Virus record (IMG/VR): IMGVR_UViG_3300032223_002281
Coordinates: 1-55,037 of that record
Origin: a virus
Taxonomy: Duplodnaviria; Caudoviricetes
Direction: 5' to 3' (one strand)
Length of the DNA stretch: 55,037 nucleotides
Below, piece by piece: positions 27,681 through 35,708 of the stretch. The stretch's first letter is position 1. Each line of letters opens with the position of its first letter. Below the pieces are notes generated by a model. That model was not told where the DNA came from. It ran no database searches and was given only the letters and a program-made list of their open reading frames with translations. The position numbers and the translations under genes were made by a program.

Positions 27681-28403
27681 TTGAATAAATTAAAACGTTC
27701 GAATGATCGTAAGGTTGCTAACCTAGTTACTAAGAATGGTAAGCAGGCTGCAATTGCTAATACCTTTGGTCTCCCCGCAGGTAAAGAATATTCTTGCCCT
27801 GGCGCTACTAGCGTATGCGAATCTGTATGCTATGCAGGTAAATTAGAAAAAATCTTCAAGGGTGTTAAGGTTAACTTATTGCATAACTGGGATTTATTGA
27901 AAGACGCAGACTATGACACTATGGTCTCACTACTTAATGAAATGATAATTGATTTTAAAAAGGATTGTGTTAAAAAAGACGCACCTATGCTATTCCGTAT
28001 CCACTGGGATGGTGATTTCTTTAATGACACTTATGCTTATGCATGGAAACAAGTTATCATGGACCATAGTGAGGTTCAATTCTGGGTTTATACACGAGTA
28101 AAGTCTGCAGCGCTTATGCTAAAAGATATGCCTAACTTATCTCTTTATTTCAGTACTGATAGTGAGAATGTAAAAATTGGTGTTGACCTTAAAATTAATT
28201 CTGGTGTACGCCTTGCATACCTTGCTAAGAATTTTGCTATTGGTCAAGCAGACATGAAAGAAATGATTGGTAAGCCTGGTGCTAAATGTCCTGAAAATAA
28301 AAAAGCAATTCCATTAATTAGCAATGCAGGTTCCGCTTGCGTTTCTTGCGGATTGTGTGTATACTCTAAAGCAGACATAGTTTTTTCTGCAACTAAGAAA
28401 TGA
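27681..28403 (+). CDS. Gp88-like radical-SAM-related phage protein
   Basis: CPGATSVCESVCYA; FRIHWDGDFF; WVYTR; C-terminal CVSCGLC. Confidence 0.75.
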   Translation: MNKLKRSNDRKVANLVTKNGKQAAIANTFGLPAGKEYSCPGATSVCESVCYAGKLEKIFKGVKVNLLHNWDLLKDADYDTMVSLLNEMIIDFKKDCVKKDAPMLFRIHWDGDFFNDTYAYAWKQVIMDHSEVQFWVYTRVKSAALMLKDMPNLSLYFSTDSENVKIGVDLKINSGVRLAYLAKNFAIGQADMKEMIGKPGAKCPENKKAIPLISNAGSACVSCGLCVYSKADIVFSATKK

Positions 28404-28632
28404 GTTAACATGCGTTGGTTGTTAATTGTATTTATTTTATTTTACTTTTTTATTATTCAATAACTTGACAATCCCCCGAAAGGTGGTCGGCCCAAATTTT
28501 TGATCTTGTCAAGTTACGACACGCATTTAAGATGTGATGTTTCTCACACCCGAAAATGGCATTTTAATTGGTATTTTTGACATTTTTAGTGTAAAATTAA
28601 ACTATAACCCAAACAGAAAGGCAAGACACCCA

Positions 28633-28803
28633 ATGACAATCTCAGGATATACTTACCAAATTGGTGATTTATTTACAACAAGCAAAACAGGCATTACAGG
28701 TCGTATCGCAGGTTTTTCACCAATCAGTAACAAGGTTACCAGAGTTTCACTAGTCTTGGCAAATGGCTCACGCCGTTTGGCTATGGTTAAGACCTCAAAG
28801 TAA
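28633..28803 (+). CDS. Small SH3/KOW-like protein
   Basis: YQIGDLFTTSKTGITGRI; tandem paralog follows. Confidence 0.6.
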   Translation: MTISGYTYQIGDLFTTSKTGITGRIAGFSPISNKVTRVSLVLANGSRRLAMVKTSK

Positions 28804-28906
28804 TCTCAAAATGTGAGAAATGTCAGAAATGGATTTGACATTTTAATCTGCAAAATGTTATACTAATACAGTAAGCAAAACCCCTAACAGAAAAGGAAAT
28901 AAACAA

Positions 28907-29074
28907 ATGGCAGTAAATACAGCAACTTACAAGGTTGGCGATTTATTCACAACTCAGAAGTCAAAGGTAACAGGAACAATTCTTGAAATCACACCTAACA
29001 AAGACGGACAATCAGTTCGTGTTAAGTTAGATGTAAATGGAACACCTCGTTACACAACTTGGACAGCGAAGTAA
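28907..29074 (+). CDS. Small SH3/KOW-like protein (not in ORF track)
   Basis: MAVNTATYKVGDLFTTQKSKVTGTILEI...; AAAGGA SD; own promoter. Confidence 0.65.
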   Translation: MAVNTATYKVGDLFTTQKSKVTGTILEITPNKDGQSVRVKLDVNGTPRYTTWTAK

Positions 29075-29090
29075 TTTCCACCTCCAAAAA

Positions 29091-29117
29091 AATCCTGAGC
29101 AAGATGTAAAACTGCTC
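29091..29117 (+). ncRNA. Repeated pseudoknot RNA motif, copy 2
   Basis: AATCCTGAGCAAGATGTAAAACTGCTC. Confidence 0.6.
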
Positions 29118-29156
29118 AACTCAACCCCCAACTAACAGAAAAGGAAACAGACCCAA

Positions 29157-29579
29157 ATGGCACAACGCAAAGCAATCTCAGTAAAGATACCAACACAGCG
29201 AGTTATTGACGCACTCACAAAATCACTAGAAAAGTTAGAACTTGACTACGCATCTCAAGCAGAAAACGAAGCAAAGTTTAACAAAGCAAACGAAGCGTGG
29301 AAAAAAGAAATCTCTAACTATGCAATCGCAAACATTTCTAAAGCAGAGAACCTTCGCACTAACTATCGTTCTTGGAACAATCAGTTAAACATTGACTTCG
29401 ACATCACAGTTTCAGAATTGGATATGCCAAAGCAACCTGAGCGTGATTTCGTAACAATGCACCAGCATACATACAATGAGCAGAAAGAGGAAATCTCTAA
29501 TGCTATTCGTATCCTAAAGATGACAGATGAGGAAGTAGTTAGCACTTCTACTTACAATGCTGTTGCTCGTTACCTATAA
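29157..29579 (+). CDS. Hypothetical helical protein
   Basis: 140-aa ORF with SD. Confidence 0.65.
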   Translation: MAQRKAISVKIPTQRVIDALTKSLEKLELDYASQAENEAKFNKANEAWKKEISNYAIANISKAENLRTNYRSWNNQLNIDFDITVSELDMPKQPERDFVTMHQHTYNEQKEEISNAIRILKMTDEEVVSTSTYNAVARYL

Positions 29580-29718
29580 CTAAATAACGAAACAGGGGCA
29601 GTTTAGAGAGTGTTCTCGCCCAATGTCGTAAGTAAGAACTCTCATTATTCGCCAGGCTGATTAGGGCGATTATAGAAATACTATAGAGCAAGGGTACTGC
29701 AGCCCTAAAGAAGCAGAC

Positions 29719-29744
29719 ATCCTGAGCACGATCCAAAAAGGCTC
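29719..29744 (+). ncRNA. Repeated pseudoknot RNA motif, copy 3
   Basis: ATCCTGAGCACGATCCAAAAAGGCTC. Confidence 0.5.
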
Positions 29745-29758
29745 ACCCCACGGGGTTC

Positions 29759-29788
29759 TTGACAAATGTCAGTGGCCACGAGTACAAT
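29759..29788 (+). promoter_or_regulatory. Dual promoter: TTGACA -35 plus RecA-NDp element
   Basis: TTGACA-AA-TGTCAGTG-N8-TACAAT. Confidence 0.75.
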
Positions 29789-29820
29789 TAATATAAACAA
29801 ACTAACAGAAAGAGGCCCCC

Positions 29821-30231
29821 ATGGACCAAACAATAGTAAATGCAACAGAAGATTTTCTTAAGTCTCAAATCAGTGCACTGCAGCAGTCAATTACATCTAA
29901 GGATGAATTCATTCAGCGGATAAACCAACGTTCATATGCAGATTCCGCAAACCTTAACCGTATCGTTGAAGACATGCAACAGTGGACCTTGGAATCACTT
30001 AGCAATGAATCAATTACAACGTCGCAGGCAGAAGAAATTGCAGCAATCTGCGGATTTGAATTAACAAAAGAAGTTGAAGTTGAAGTTACCGTAACTTATA
30101 ACTTGACACTGCAGGTGCCTCATGATGAGGACGCAGAAGATATTGTTAACGATATTGATTTTGATTCTGTATCTTATAATTCTGACTACGTAACTTGGCT
30201 AAGTTCAAATGTAGACCGTATCGATTTTTAG
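29821..30231 (+). CDS. Hypothetical acidic protein
   Basis: 136-aa ORF with SD. Confidence 0.6.
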   Translation: MDQTIVNATEDFLKSQISALQQSITSKDEFIQRINQRSYADSANLNRIVEDMQQWTLESLSNESITTSQAEEIAAICGFELTKEVEVEVTVTYNLTLQVPHDEDAEDIVNDIDFDSVSYNSDYVTWLSSNVDRIDF

Positions 30232-30249
30232 TAGGGGGCTACTAAATAA

Positions 30250-30278
30250 ATTCCTGGGCCATGAATAAAAACTGGCCC
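30250..30278 (+). ncRNA. Repeated pseudoknot RNA motif, copy 4
   Basis: ATTCCTGGGCCATGAATAAAAACTGGCCC; ATTC/GAAT and GGGCCA/TGGCCC. Confidence 0.6.
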
Positions 30279-30385
30279 TTTTAAAATCCCCAAAATTTTG
30301 GGTCGGCCCCATGTGATCAATATCACAATGTGATTTACGACACTATTAAGAAATGTCCGATTTATCCCATGTTTACGTAGCCTAT

Positions 30386-30414
30386 TTGACATTGTCAGTG
30401 CGTGGGTGTATGAT
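30386..30414 (+). promoter_or_regulatory. Dual promoter: TTGACA-N17-TATGAT with exact RecA-NDp match
   Basis: TTGTCAGTG-N8-TATGAT; CRP-like site upstream at 30312. Confidence 0.75.
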
Positions 30415-30445
30415 TATATTAACAACAACAGAAAGAAGGAAACTC

Positions 30446-31468
30446 ATGGCACATGACCTCGAAACTCAAAATGGAAAAGCATCTTTTGCATCTTTCCGTG
30501 AGCCTGCATGGCATGGATTGGGTACTGTCTTTACAGAAGAAAAAACAACTACAGAAATGTTGGAATCAGCAAATCTTAATGGTTGGAATGTTCGTCTGGA
30601 AGATTTAGAGACCCCATCTCATCTAACAAGCGACAAGGCTTATCAGTACGTTTTGCGTACTAACCCTACAGATAATACCCAAACAGATATTTTGGGAATC
30701 GTTGGTGAACGCTATCACCCATTGCAAAATGAAGATTTATTTTCATTTGGTGATAACATTCTCGATGGTGGTGGACGTTGGGAAACTGCGGGTTCAATCA
30801 AGGGTGGACGTGTAGTATTTGGCTCCCTTGCTCTTGAACGTGAAACAGTTCTTGACCCATCAGGTGTTGCAGATAAGGTTAAAACTTATCTTCTCATCAA
30901 TACATCACACGATGGCTCTATTGCAATTCAGGCATCAATCACACCTGTGCGTGTTGTCTGCGCTAATACTCTTAATCTTGCTCTTGGTGGCGTAGGTCGC
31001 AAGAAGAATAAGAATATCAAGCAATCATTCAAAATTCGTCACACACAAACAGCAAATGGCAAAGTGCAAATTGCTCGTGAGACTCTTGGTCTTGCTAATG
31101 CTTACATGGACGAATTCGACGTTATGGCTAAAGCACTTTTTGAAAAAGAAGTTAATGCTAAGCAATTTAACGACATCATTCTTGCAGCGTATCCAAAGCC
31201 TGAAAAGGATTCTAAGGGTGCAATCAAGAAATGGGAAAACAAAGTTGATATTATTAACGACATCTACACAGGTGAATTTAATGGTATGATTGCAGGTAAC
31301 GCTTGGGGTGCATTTAACGCACTTACCGAACGTCTTGATTGGTATCGTTCTGCTCGTGGTGGCAACAATGAATCAATGCTTGCTTCTGCATCTGGTTTTG
31401 ACCCTGCAATCAATGCAGAAAAAAATCGTTTGCTAAAAGTTGTACAAAATGTAATGCAACTCGCATAA
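30446..31468 (+). CDS. DUF932 family (TIGR03299-like) phage/plasmid protein
   Basis: MAH...PAWHGLG...ETAGSIKGG...NTSHDGS...TPVRVVCANTL...RHT. Confidence 0.85.
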   Translation: MAHDLETQNGKASFASFREPAWHGLGTVFTEEKTTTEMLESANLNGWNVRLEDLETPSHLTSDKAYQYVLRTNPTDNTQTDILGIVGERYHPLQNEDLFSFGDNILDGGGRWETAGSIKGGRVVFGSLALERETVLDPSGVADKVKTYLLINTSHDGSIAIQASITPVRVVCANTLNLALGGVGRKKNKNIKQSFKIRHTQTANGKVQIARETLGLANAYMDEFDVMAKALFEKEVNAKQFNDIILAAYPKPEKDSKGAIKKWENKVDIINDIYTGEFNGMIAGNAWGAFNALTERLDWYRSARGGNNESMLASASGFDPAINAEKNRLLKVVQNVMQLA

Positions 31469-31472
31469 CAAA

Positions 31473-31500
31473 AATTCCTGAGCATGAATTAAAACTGCTC
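31473..31500 (+). ncRNA. Repeated pseudoknot RNA motif, copy 5
   Basis: AATTCCTGAGCATGAATTAAAACTGCTC, 5 nt upstream of tRNA-Asp. Confidence 0.6.
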
Positions 31501-31505
31501 TTCAT

Positions 31506-31579
31506 GGTCCGTTAGAATAGTTGGTTAGTTCGCTACCCTGTCACGGTAGAGGTCACGGGTTCAAGTCCCGTACGGATCG
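31506..31579 (+). tRNA. tRNA-Asp(GTC)
   Basis: Cloverleaf; CTACC-CTGTCAC-GGTAG anticodon arm; GGTTCAAGTCC T arm; no encoded CCA. Confidence 0.92.
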
Positions 31580-31582
31580 CAA

Positions 31583-31616
31583 TAAATAAATATGCAAGCC
31601 AGTGCATAAAAATGCG
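31583..31616. promoter_or_regulatory. Tandem ARG-box-like operator
   Basis: TAAAT-AAAT-ATGCA-N6-TGCAT-AAAA-ATGCG. Confidence 0.55.
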
Positions 31617-31626
31617 GGGCGGTCCA

Positions 31627-31704
31627 AAAAATGTCATGATCAAATTTAATTACGATGACCGCCACAAATCTCTAAAAATGTCAAACTAAAATTTAATTAC
31701 GATG
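31627..31704 (+). repeat. 31-bp imperfect direct repeat
   Basis: AAAAATGTCA-N5-AAATTTAATTACGATG x2, 47-bp period. Confidence 0.75.
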
Positions 31705-31768
31705 GACTTGTATTTTTGCCGAAGTTAGGGTAGAATTAATACATAACCTACTAACTAAAGGACCCAAA

Positions 31769-32194
31769 TTGAGAGAAAGATCAAAAGGCTATATTGGCCA
31801 AATCGTTGATGGCAAAAAACTAGCAGTAATCGCTAATGGAATCTATAATCTACAGTATAGTAGTAACTTTAGTGAATGTACTGTAGATAATCTTCTATTC
31901 GTTACCCTTGAAGAAAAAAATGTATTTGGCGACAATAAATATGCCTTAGTTTGTTCAGAGGGTGTTGGCTGGGAGCAAGACACTTACGGATGTTTAGAAG
32001 TACCAACAAACATTGGCCAAATGGGTCTATGGAATGGAAGAGTCTTTATATCAGTAGATACAGTTAAAGAATGTCTAACAGATCAAACAGAAGATATCGC
32101 AGACTACATCCGTGTTTTTGGTTCTAGATTAGATAATAACTGTTCCCTATGGCAGTCCAAAATGTCAGTAGTAGACAGTACACTAGCAATATGA
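31769..32194 (+). CDS. Hypothetical protein
   Basis: 141-aa ORF, TTG start. Confidence 0.55.
   Translation: MRERSKGYIGQIVDGKKLAVIANGIYNLQYSSNFSECTVDNLLFVTLEEKNVFGDNKYALVCSEGVGWEQDTYGCLEVPTNIGQMGLWNGRVFISVDTVKECLTDQTEDIADYIRVFGSRLDNNCSLWQSKMSVVDSTLAI
32163..32184 (+). promoter_or_regulatory. RecA-NDp/PafBC-type leaderless promoter
   Basis: TGTCAG-N10-TACACT, 6 nt before ATG 32191. Confidence 0.7.
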
Positions 32195-32346
32195 CCCAAA
32201 CATACAAACCTTATACCATAGACGAATTAGTTACTCTCATTTATGAGGATAATCTAGAACATTTTGATGACAGAGATACATCAGAAGACTGTGATTGTTA
32301 TATTCATACTACTATTAGAACTATTGTAAAATATTGGGATGAATAA
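32191..32346 (+). CDS. Small hypothetical protein
   Basis: Leaderless start MTQTYKPY; CDC..H. Confidence 0.5.
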   Translation: MTQTYKPYTIDELVTLIYEDNLEHFDDRDTSEDCDCYIHTTIRTIVKYWDE

Positions 32347-32554
32347 TATGTGGACTAAGTATAGTTATCTATGTACTGAGTGTGATTCTCTTATTGAGGT
32401 TATTACTAATAAAACTCCCGTGATGGATCCAGGCTGTGTATGTGGTATTGATACCTTCGTTACCCGAACAGCAGTAGAACCTGAGCAGATGGCTCCTGTG
32501 ATTAGTATCACACCTTCAAACCTTGTAAAAATCAACTCAAACCCCTATAATTAA
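32339..32554 (+). CDS. Small zinc-ribbon protein
   Basis: YSYLCTECD...CVCG. Confidence 0.55.
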   Translation: MNNMWTKYSYLCTECDSLIEVITNKTPVMDPGCVCGIDTFVTRTAVEPEQMAPVISITPSNLVKINSNPYN

Positions 32555-32702
32555 TATATGGACCTAAACACATTAAAAGAATATATAAAAATACACAAGA
32601 TATCTCTAGAACAAGACCTAGATGAATGCATGGGAGATTGGGCTATCATTGATGACCTTACTCCCCGTATTGAGACCTTACAGTATGTATTGGAGTTAAT
32701 AG

Positions 32703-32942
32703 ATGAGTGATAAGTATCCTTTAATCCCCGAACATTTAGAAAAAGGTTTGGAAGATATAACTATCCCATTAATTGATTTAATGCATGGACACCTTAAAGT
32801 TGAAATGCTTGACTGCGAAGAAGCAATGAAAGATAATACTGATAGATATTTGGAAGGGTATATGGAGGCCTTGACAAATATGTATTGCCTAACGTATAAT
32901 TTATCTATAGACCGTAAACACATAGAGGAGACCCTAGTATGA
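32703..32942 (+). CDS. Hypothetical protein
   Basis: ORF track, coupled to next gene. Confidence 0.55.
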   Translation: MSDKYPLIPEHLEKGLEDITIPLIDLMHGHLKVEMLDCEEAMKDNTDRYLEGYMEALTNMYCLTYNLSIDRKHIEETLV

Positions 32943-33151
32943 CAGACCTAGTCATAGTAAAAGCAACACTTGAAAAAGAAATAGATGAGGCTTGGCACAT
33001 CTTTAATCAGATTGCTACTGAGGAAGAAGAAGATGGCTACTCAGACGCTATGCAATCTATGGAACGAACTGAGGCAAATGGTTTTGCTGTTGGCTTGGAA
33101 CGTGCTTATTATATTTTGTTTAACGAACGCTATATCTCAGAGGCTAACTAA
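32939..33151 (+). CDS. Hypothetical protein
   Basis: ATGA overlap, GAGGAG SD. Confidence 0.55.
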   Translation: MTDLVIVKATLEKEIDEAWHIFNQIATEEEEDGYSDAMQSMERTEANGFAVGLERAYYILFNERYISEAN

Positions 33152-33424
33152 ATGGGAATGCATGATGAATCTTGGTGTGCAGGCTGTGGCTGTAGCATAA
33201 CTTATACAGATGATGAAACAGCACAGTGTGGCACATGTGAACGTGACGACGCTATCTATTTCATTGAAGGTATTATTAGATATGTAGAGAATACCAAAAA
33301 CGAATTAGAGGAGCGCTTGACATTAGCAGACGGGGCTGATAGTATTTATCCATACCTTGAAGGCGCTGTAGAATATACAGACCTTATCCTACTAGAGATA
33401 AAGGATAGATATCAAAATGCCTGA
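33152..33424 (+). CDS. Zinc-finger hypothetical protein
   Basis: CAGC...CGTC. Confidence 0.55.
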   Translation: MGMHDESWCAGCGCSITYTDDETAQCGTCERDDAIYFIEGIIRYVENTKNELEERLTLADGADSIYPYLEGAVEYTDLILLEIKDRYQNA

Positions 33425-33854
33425 GACATTTATTGAAATGGATTTTGATGAATGGTGCGATAAATACAAACCTATTCAAAACCACATTGACAAGAATGCT
33501 TCATTTGATGGAGCAATGTTTGAAACTTATGGCGATGAAGTTGCATTTGTAAAGGAGCAGGATGGTTCTTATATCTGGACTTATGGCGATGGTGATGATG
33601 GTGGCAGTTATATTTGGAATGGTTGGCATTTTGTTAATCGTATTGGTTACTTTATCACTGAGGTCCCTTGCCCTATTGATACTACAATCCAAATCAAGGT
33701 TAGTTCATATTGGTACTATTGCGAAGGCTGTGATGCTGAGATTGAAGATGATGGCCAATTGATTAATGAAAAGTTCTATGATTTTGAATGTTGCCCGCAA
33801 TGTGCAACACCTGAACAACTAAAAAAAGTAGAGGAAGCATATGCCACTGTTTAG
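33417..33854 (+). CDS. Hypothetical protein with C-terminal zinc finger
   Basis: FETYG...IWT...GWHFVNRIGYFITE; CEGC...CPQC. Confidence 0.6.
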   Translation: MPETFIEMDFDEWCDKYKPIQNHIDKNASFDGAMFETYGDEVAFVKEQDGSYIWTYGDGDDGGSYIWNGWHFVNRIGYFITEVPCPIDTTIQIKVSSYWYYCEGCDAEIEDDGQLINEKFYDFECCPQCATPEQLKKVEEAYATV

Positions 33855-34021
33855 AATTGAAGCAACACGAGAAACCGTGTATGAGTTTGAGATTGAGGCA
33901 GCAACTGAAGAAGAAGCAGAAGATCAAGTAAGACAAATAGAACTCACGGATGATATTGAAACATATGCCTATGACTGGTATCCTTTAGAAGTACAATCTA
34001 TCGAAGAAGAAGAGGAATAAA

Positions 34022-34390
34022 ATGGGAGCACGTATTAATTTTGTTTTTGAAGATGGGTCTGATTCATCTGTAGTACTCTATTCACACTGGGGCCAAGACT
34101 CATGGCAGAAGGACCTTGCAGGTGCCCTGCAGCATGCACAAAAACGACTTGGCGACTCTTCATATGCAACCCGTATGATGATTAGTTATCTTATTCAAGA
34201 TAGTATTTTGGATGAGACTGGTTTTGGTATTTATGCTGTTAATGAAAACGAATATGATTTAGGCGAACAAACCGTAGTCATTAATTTTGTTAACAATACT
34301 ATTACTGATAATGTTGCAGTAGATTTTGATAAGTTTGTGGCAGCGTATGCCACTGTGGCTGAGGACACTGGGTCTCTCCTCAGCGTGTAA
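34022..34390 (+). CDS. Hypothetical phage protein
   Basis: MGAR...LYSHWG motif. Confidence 0.6.
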   Translation: MGARINFVFEDGSDSSVVLYSHWGQDSWQKDLAGALQHAQKRLGDSSYATRMMISYLIQDSILDETGFGIYAVNENEYDLGEQTVVINFVNNTITDNVAVDFDKFVAAYATVAEDTGSLLSV

Positions 34391-34463
34391 TAGGAATGGG
34401 GCAGGCTATTGGGTGGCTTGCCCCTTCCTCCTATATTTGGTACAATAAAGGGTTAGGAGTTAT

Positions 34464-34658
34464 ATGAGACATAAACTTACGGAAGAAGAAAAGGTAGTTA
34501 TTAAACTAAATAATCTATTATCAGACCTAAGACTAGATATAGAAATGATAGGCAGATACCTAGCCAAGATAAGTCCCACAGTCGTGTATAATAGACTTAT
34601 AACTATAGCAGAATCAGCACAATATGAAAAGGAATCTAATAATGACCACAGAATTTAG
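34464..34658 (+). CDS. Hypothetical protein
   Basis: AGGAG SD. Confidence 0.5.
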   Translation: MRHKLTEEEKVVIKLNNLLSDLRLDIEMIGRYLAKISPTVVYNRLITIAESAQYEKESNNDHRI

Positions 34659-34902
34659 TAAGCGTTGTGAAATCCTATCAGACCTATGGATGAAGTATGG
34701 ACAAGAAGAAGAACTATCTGATTACATGGAATACAATGATTTGGGATTGGCTTTGGCTTTCTCTATCCATGAAGATATTGTAAAATCTACTAATGTTGCA
34801 GAGGCTTACATTAACGAATCCTTTGAACTATTGCTAGAATCTATGAGTATAGAGGATAAAGGGTTTGATACACTAGAGGAGATCTTGTCTAGTAGCAATT
34901 AG
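34624..34902 (+). CDS. Hypothetical protein
   Basis: CEILSDLW...YNDLGLALA. Confidence 0.55.
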   Translation: MKRNLIMTTEFSKRCEILSDLWMKYGQEEELSDYMEYNDLGLALAFSIHEDIVKSTNVAEAYINESFELLLESMSIEDKGFDTLEEILSSSN

Positions 34903-34906
34903 AATG

Positions 34907-34930
34907 AGAGGCGAAAGCCTCTTTTTTCTT
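34907..34930 (+). terminator. Rho-independent terminator
   Basis: AGAGGC-GAAA-GCCTCT-TTTTT. Confidence 0.85.
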
Positions 34931-35062
34931 TTAACCGACTTTTTTAAAACCGCCCTTTACGAACGACCTTAAAAAATCGCTGGACTTTACGATCCCTCTT
35001 TTACGATCCACTGGATTATACTCCCAAACCTTATATTTGTCAAACAATGGTATAATAATTTT

Positions 35063-35338
35063 ATGAGTCCAAGACATTTTGCAAACTATGCCAAACAACA
35101 TCCTAAAGAATACAAACAATTTTCAGATAACATGTGGAATGGGTTTGTATCTATTACGAAGCATGTTCCTATAGTTAATCGTTTCTTTTCTTTTACCCCC
35201 GACTTCTTGGCAGAAGCCATTGATCTTAAGGATTCAGAAGCAGCAACGGCTTTGGGCGAGGCGCTGGCCGAGGTATACCAATTTTCCCAGGGTATACCAT
35301 TAGATCTCTTTAATACACAATCATTCTTTGAAGAGTAA
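35063..35338 (+). CDS. Hypothetical protein
   Basis: Leaderless TGGTATAAT promoter upstream. Confidence 0.5.
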   Translation: MSPRHFANYAKQHPKEYKQFSDNMWNGFVSITKHVPIVNRFFSFTPDFLAEAIDLKDSEAATALGEALAEVYQFSQGIPLDLFNTQSFFEE

Positions 35339-35644
35339 CAAACACTCTATATAGACAAACAAGTGTTTTTAAATGTTTCCAAACATTTTGTTTGATATAT
35401 TTTAATTTAAAACAATCTAATTAATTTTATTACGATTTAACTCAAAATTTGCCAAAAATCCTTTTACGATGTCACATGTTTTGTGTCAAAACAAAGTTGA
35501 CAAACACTAATGTTTGGTATATAATGCATCCTAATTTGGCAGATATAAAGGTTTGACAAAGGTTTGAAAGTGTGGTATAAGTGTTTGGATATGGGGGGTT
35601 TGAAAAAAGCGGGATTACGACGGCGCCTTTAAAAATGCTCTATT

Positions 35645-35670
35645 CCCCACTATGCTCCACAACACTCCAC
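35645..35670 (-). promoter_or_regulatory. MraZ-box-like triple repeat
   Basis: Minus strand GTGGAG-N4-GTGGAG-N4-GTGGGG. Confidence 0.55.
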
Positions 35671-35708
35671 TTCTAGACTATTTAATTAAATAATCAGTAA
35701 GATCTATC

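Noticed and set aside
29655-29690. Hammerhead-like CUGA...GAAA
   Set aside because: Core reads CUGAUUA rather than CUGANGA, and the stems do not fit.
24300-31710. CRISPR array
   Set aside because: Repeats are dispersed motifs separated by genes, not regular repeat-spacer units; no cas genes.
35355-35520. LexA SOS boxes (CAAAC...GTTTG)
   Set aside because: Mismatch to CGAAC-N4-GTTCG, with variable spacing.
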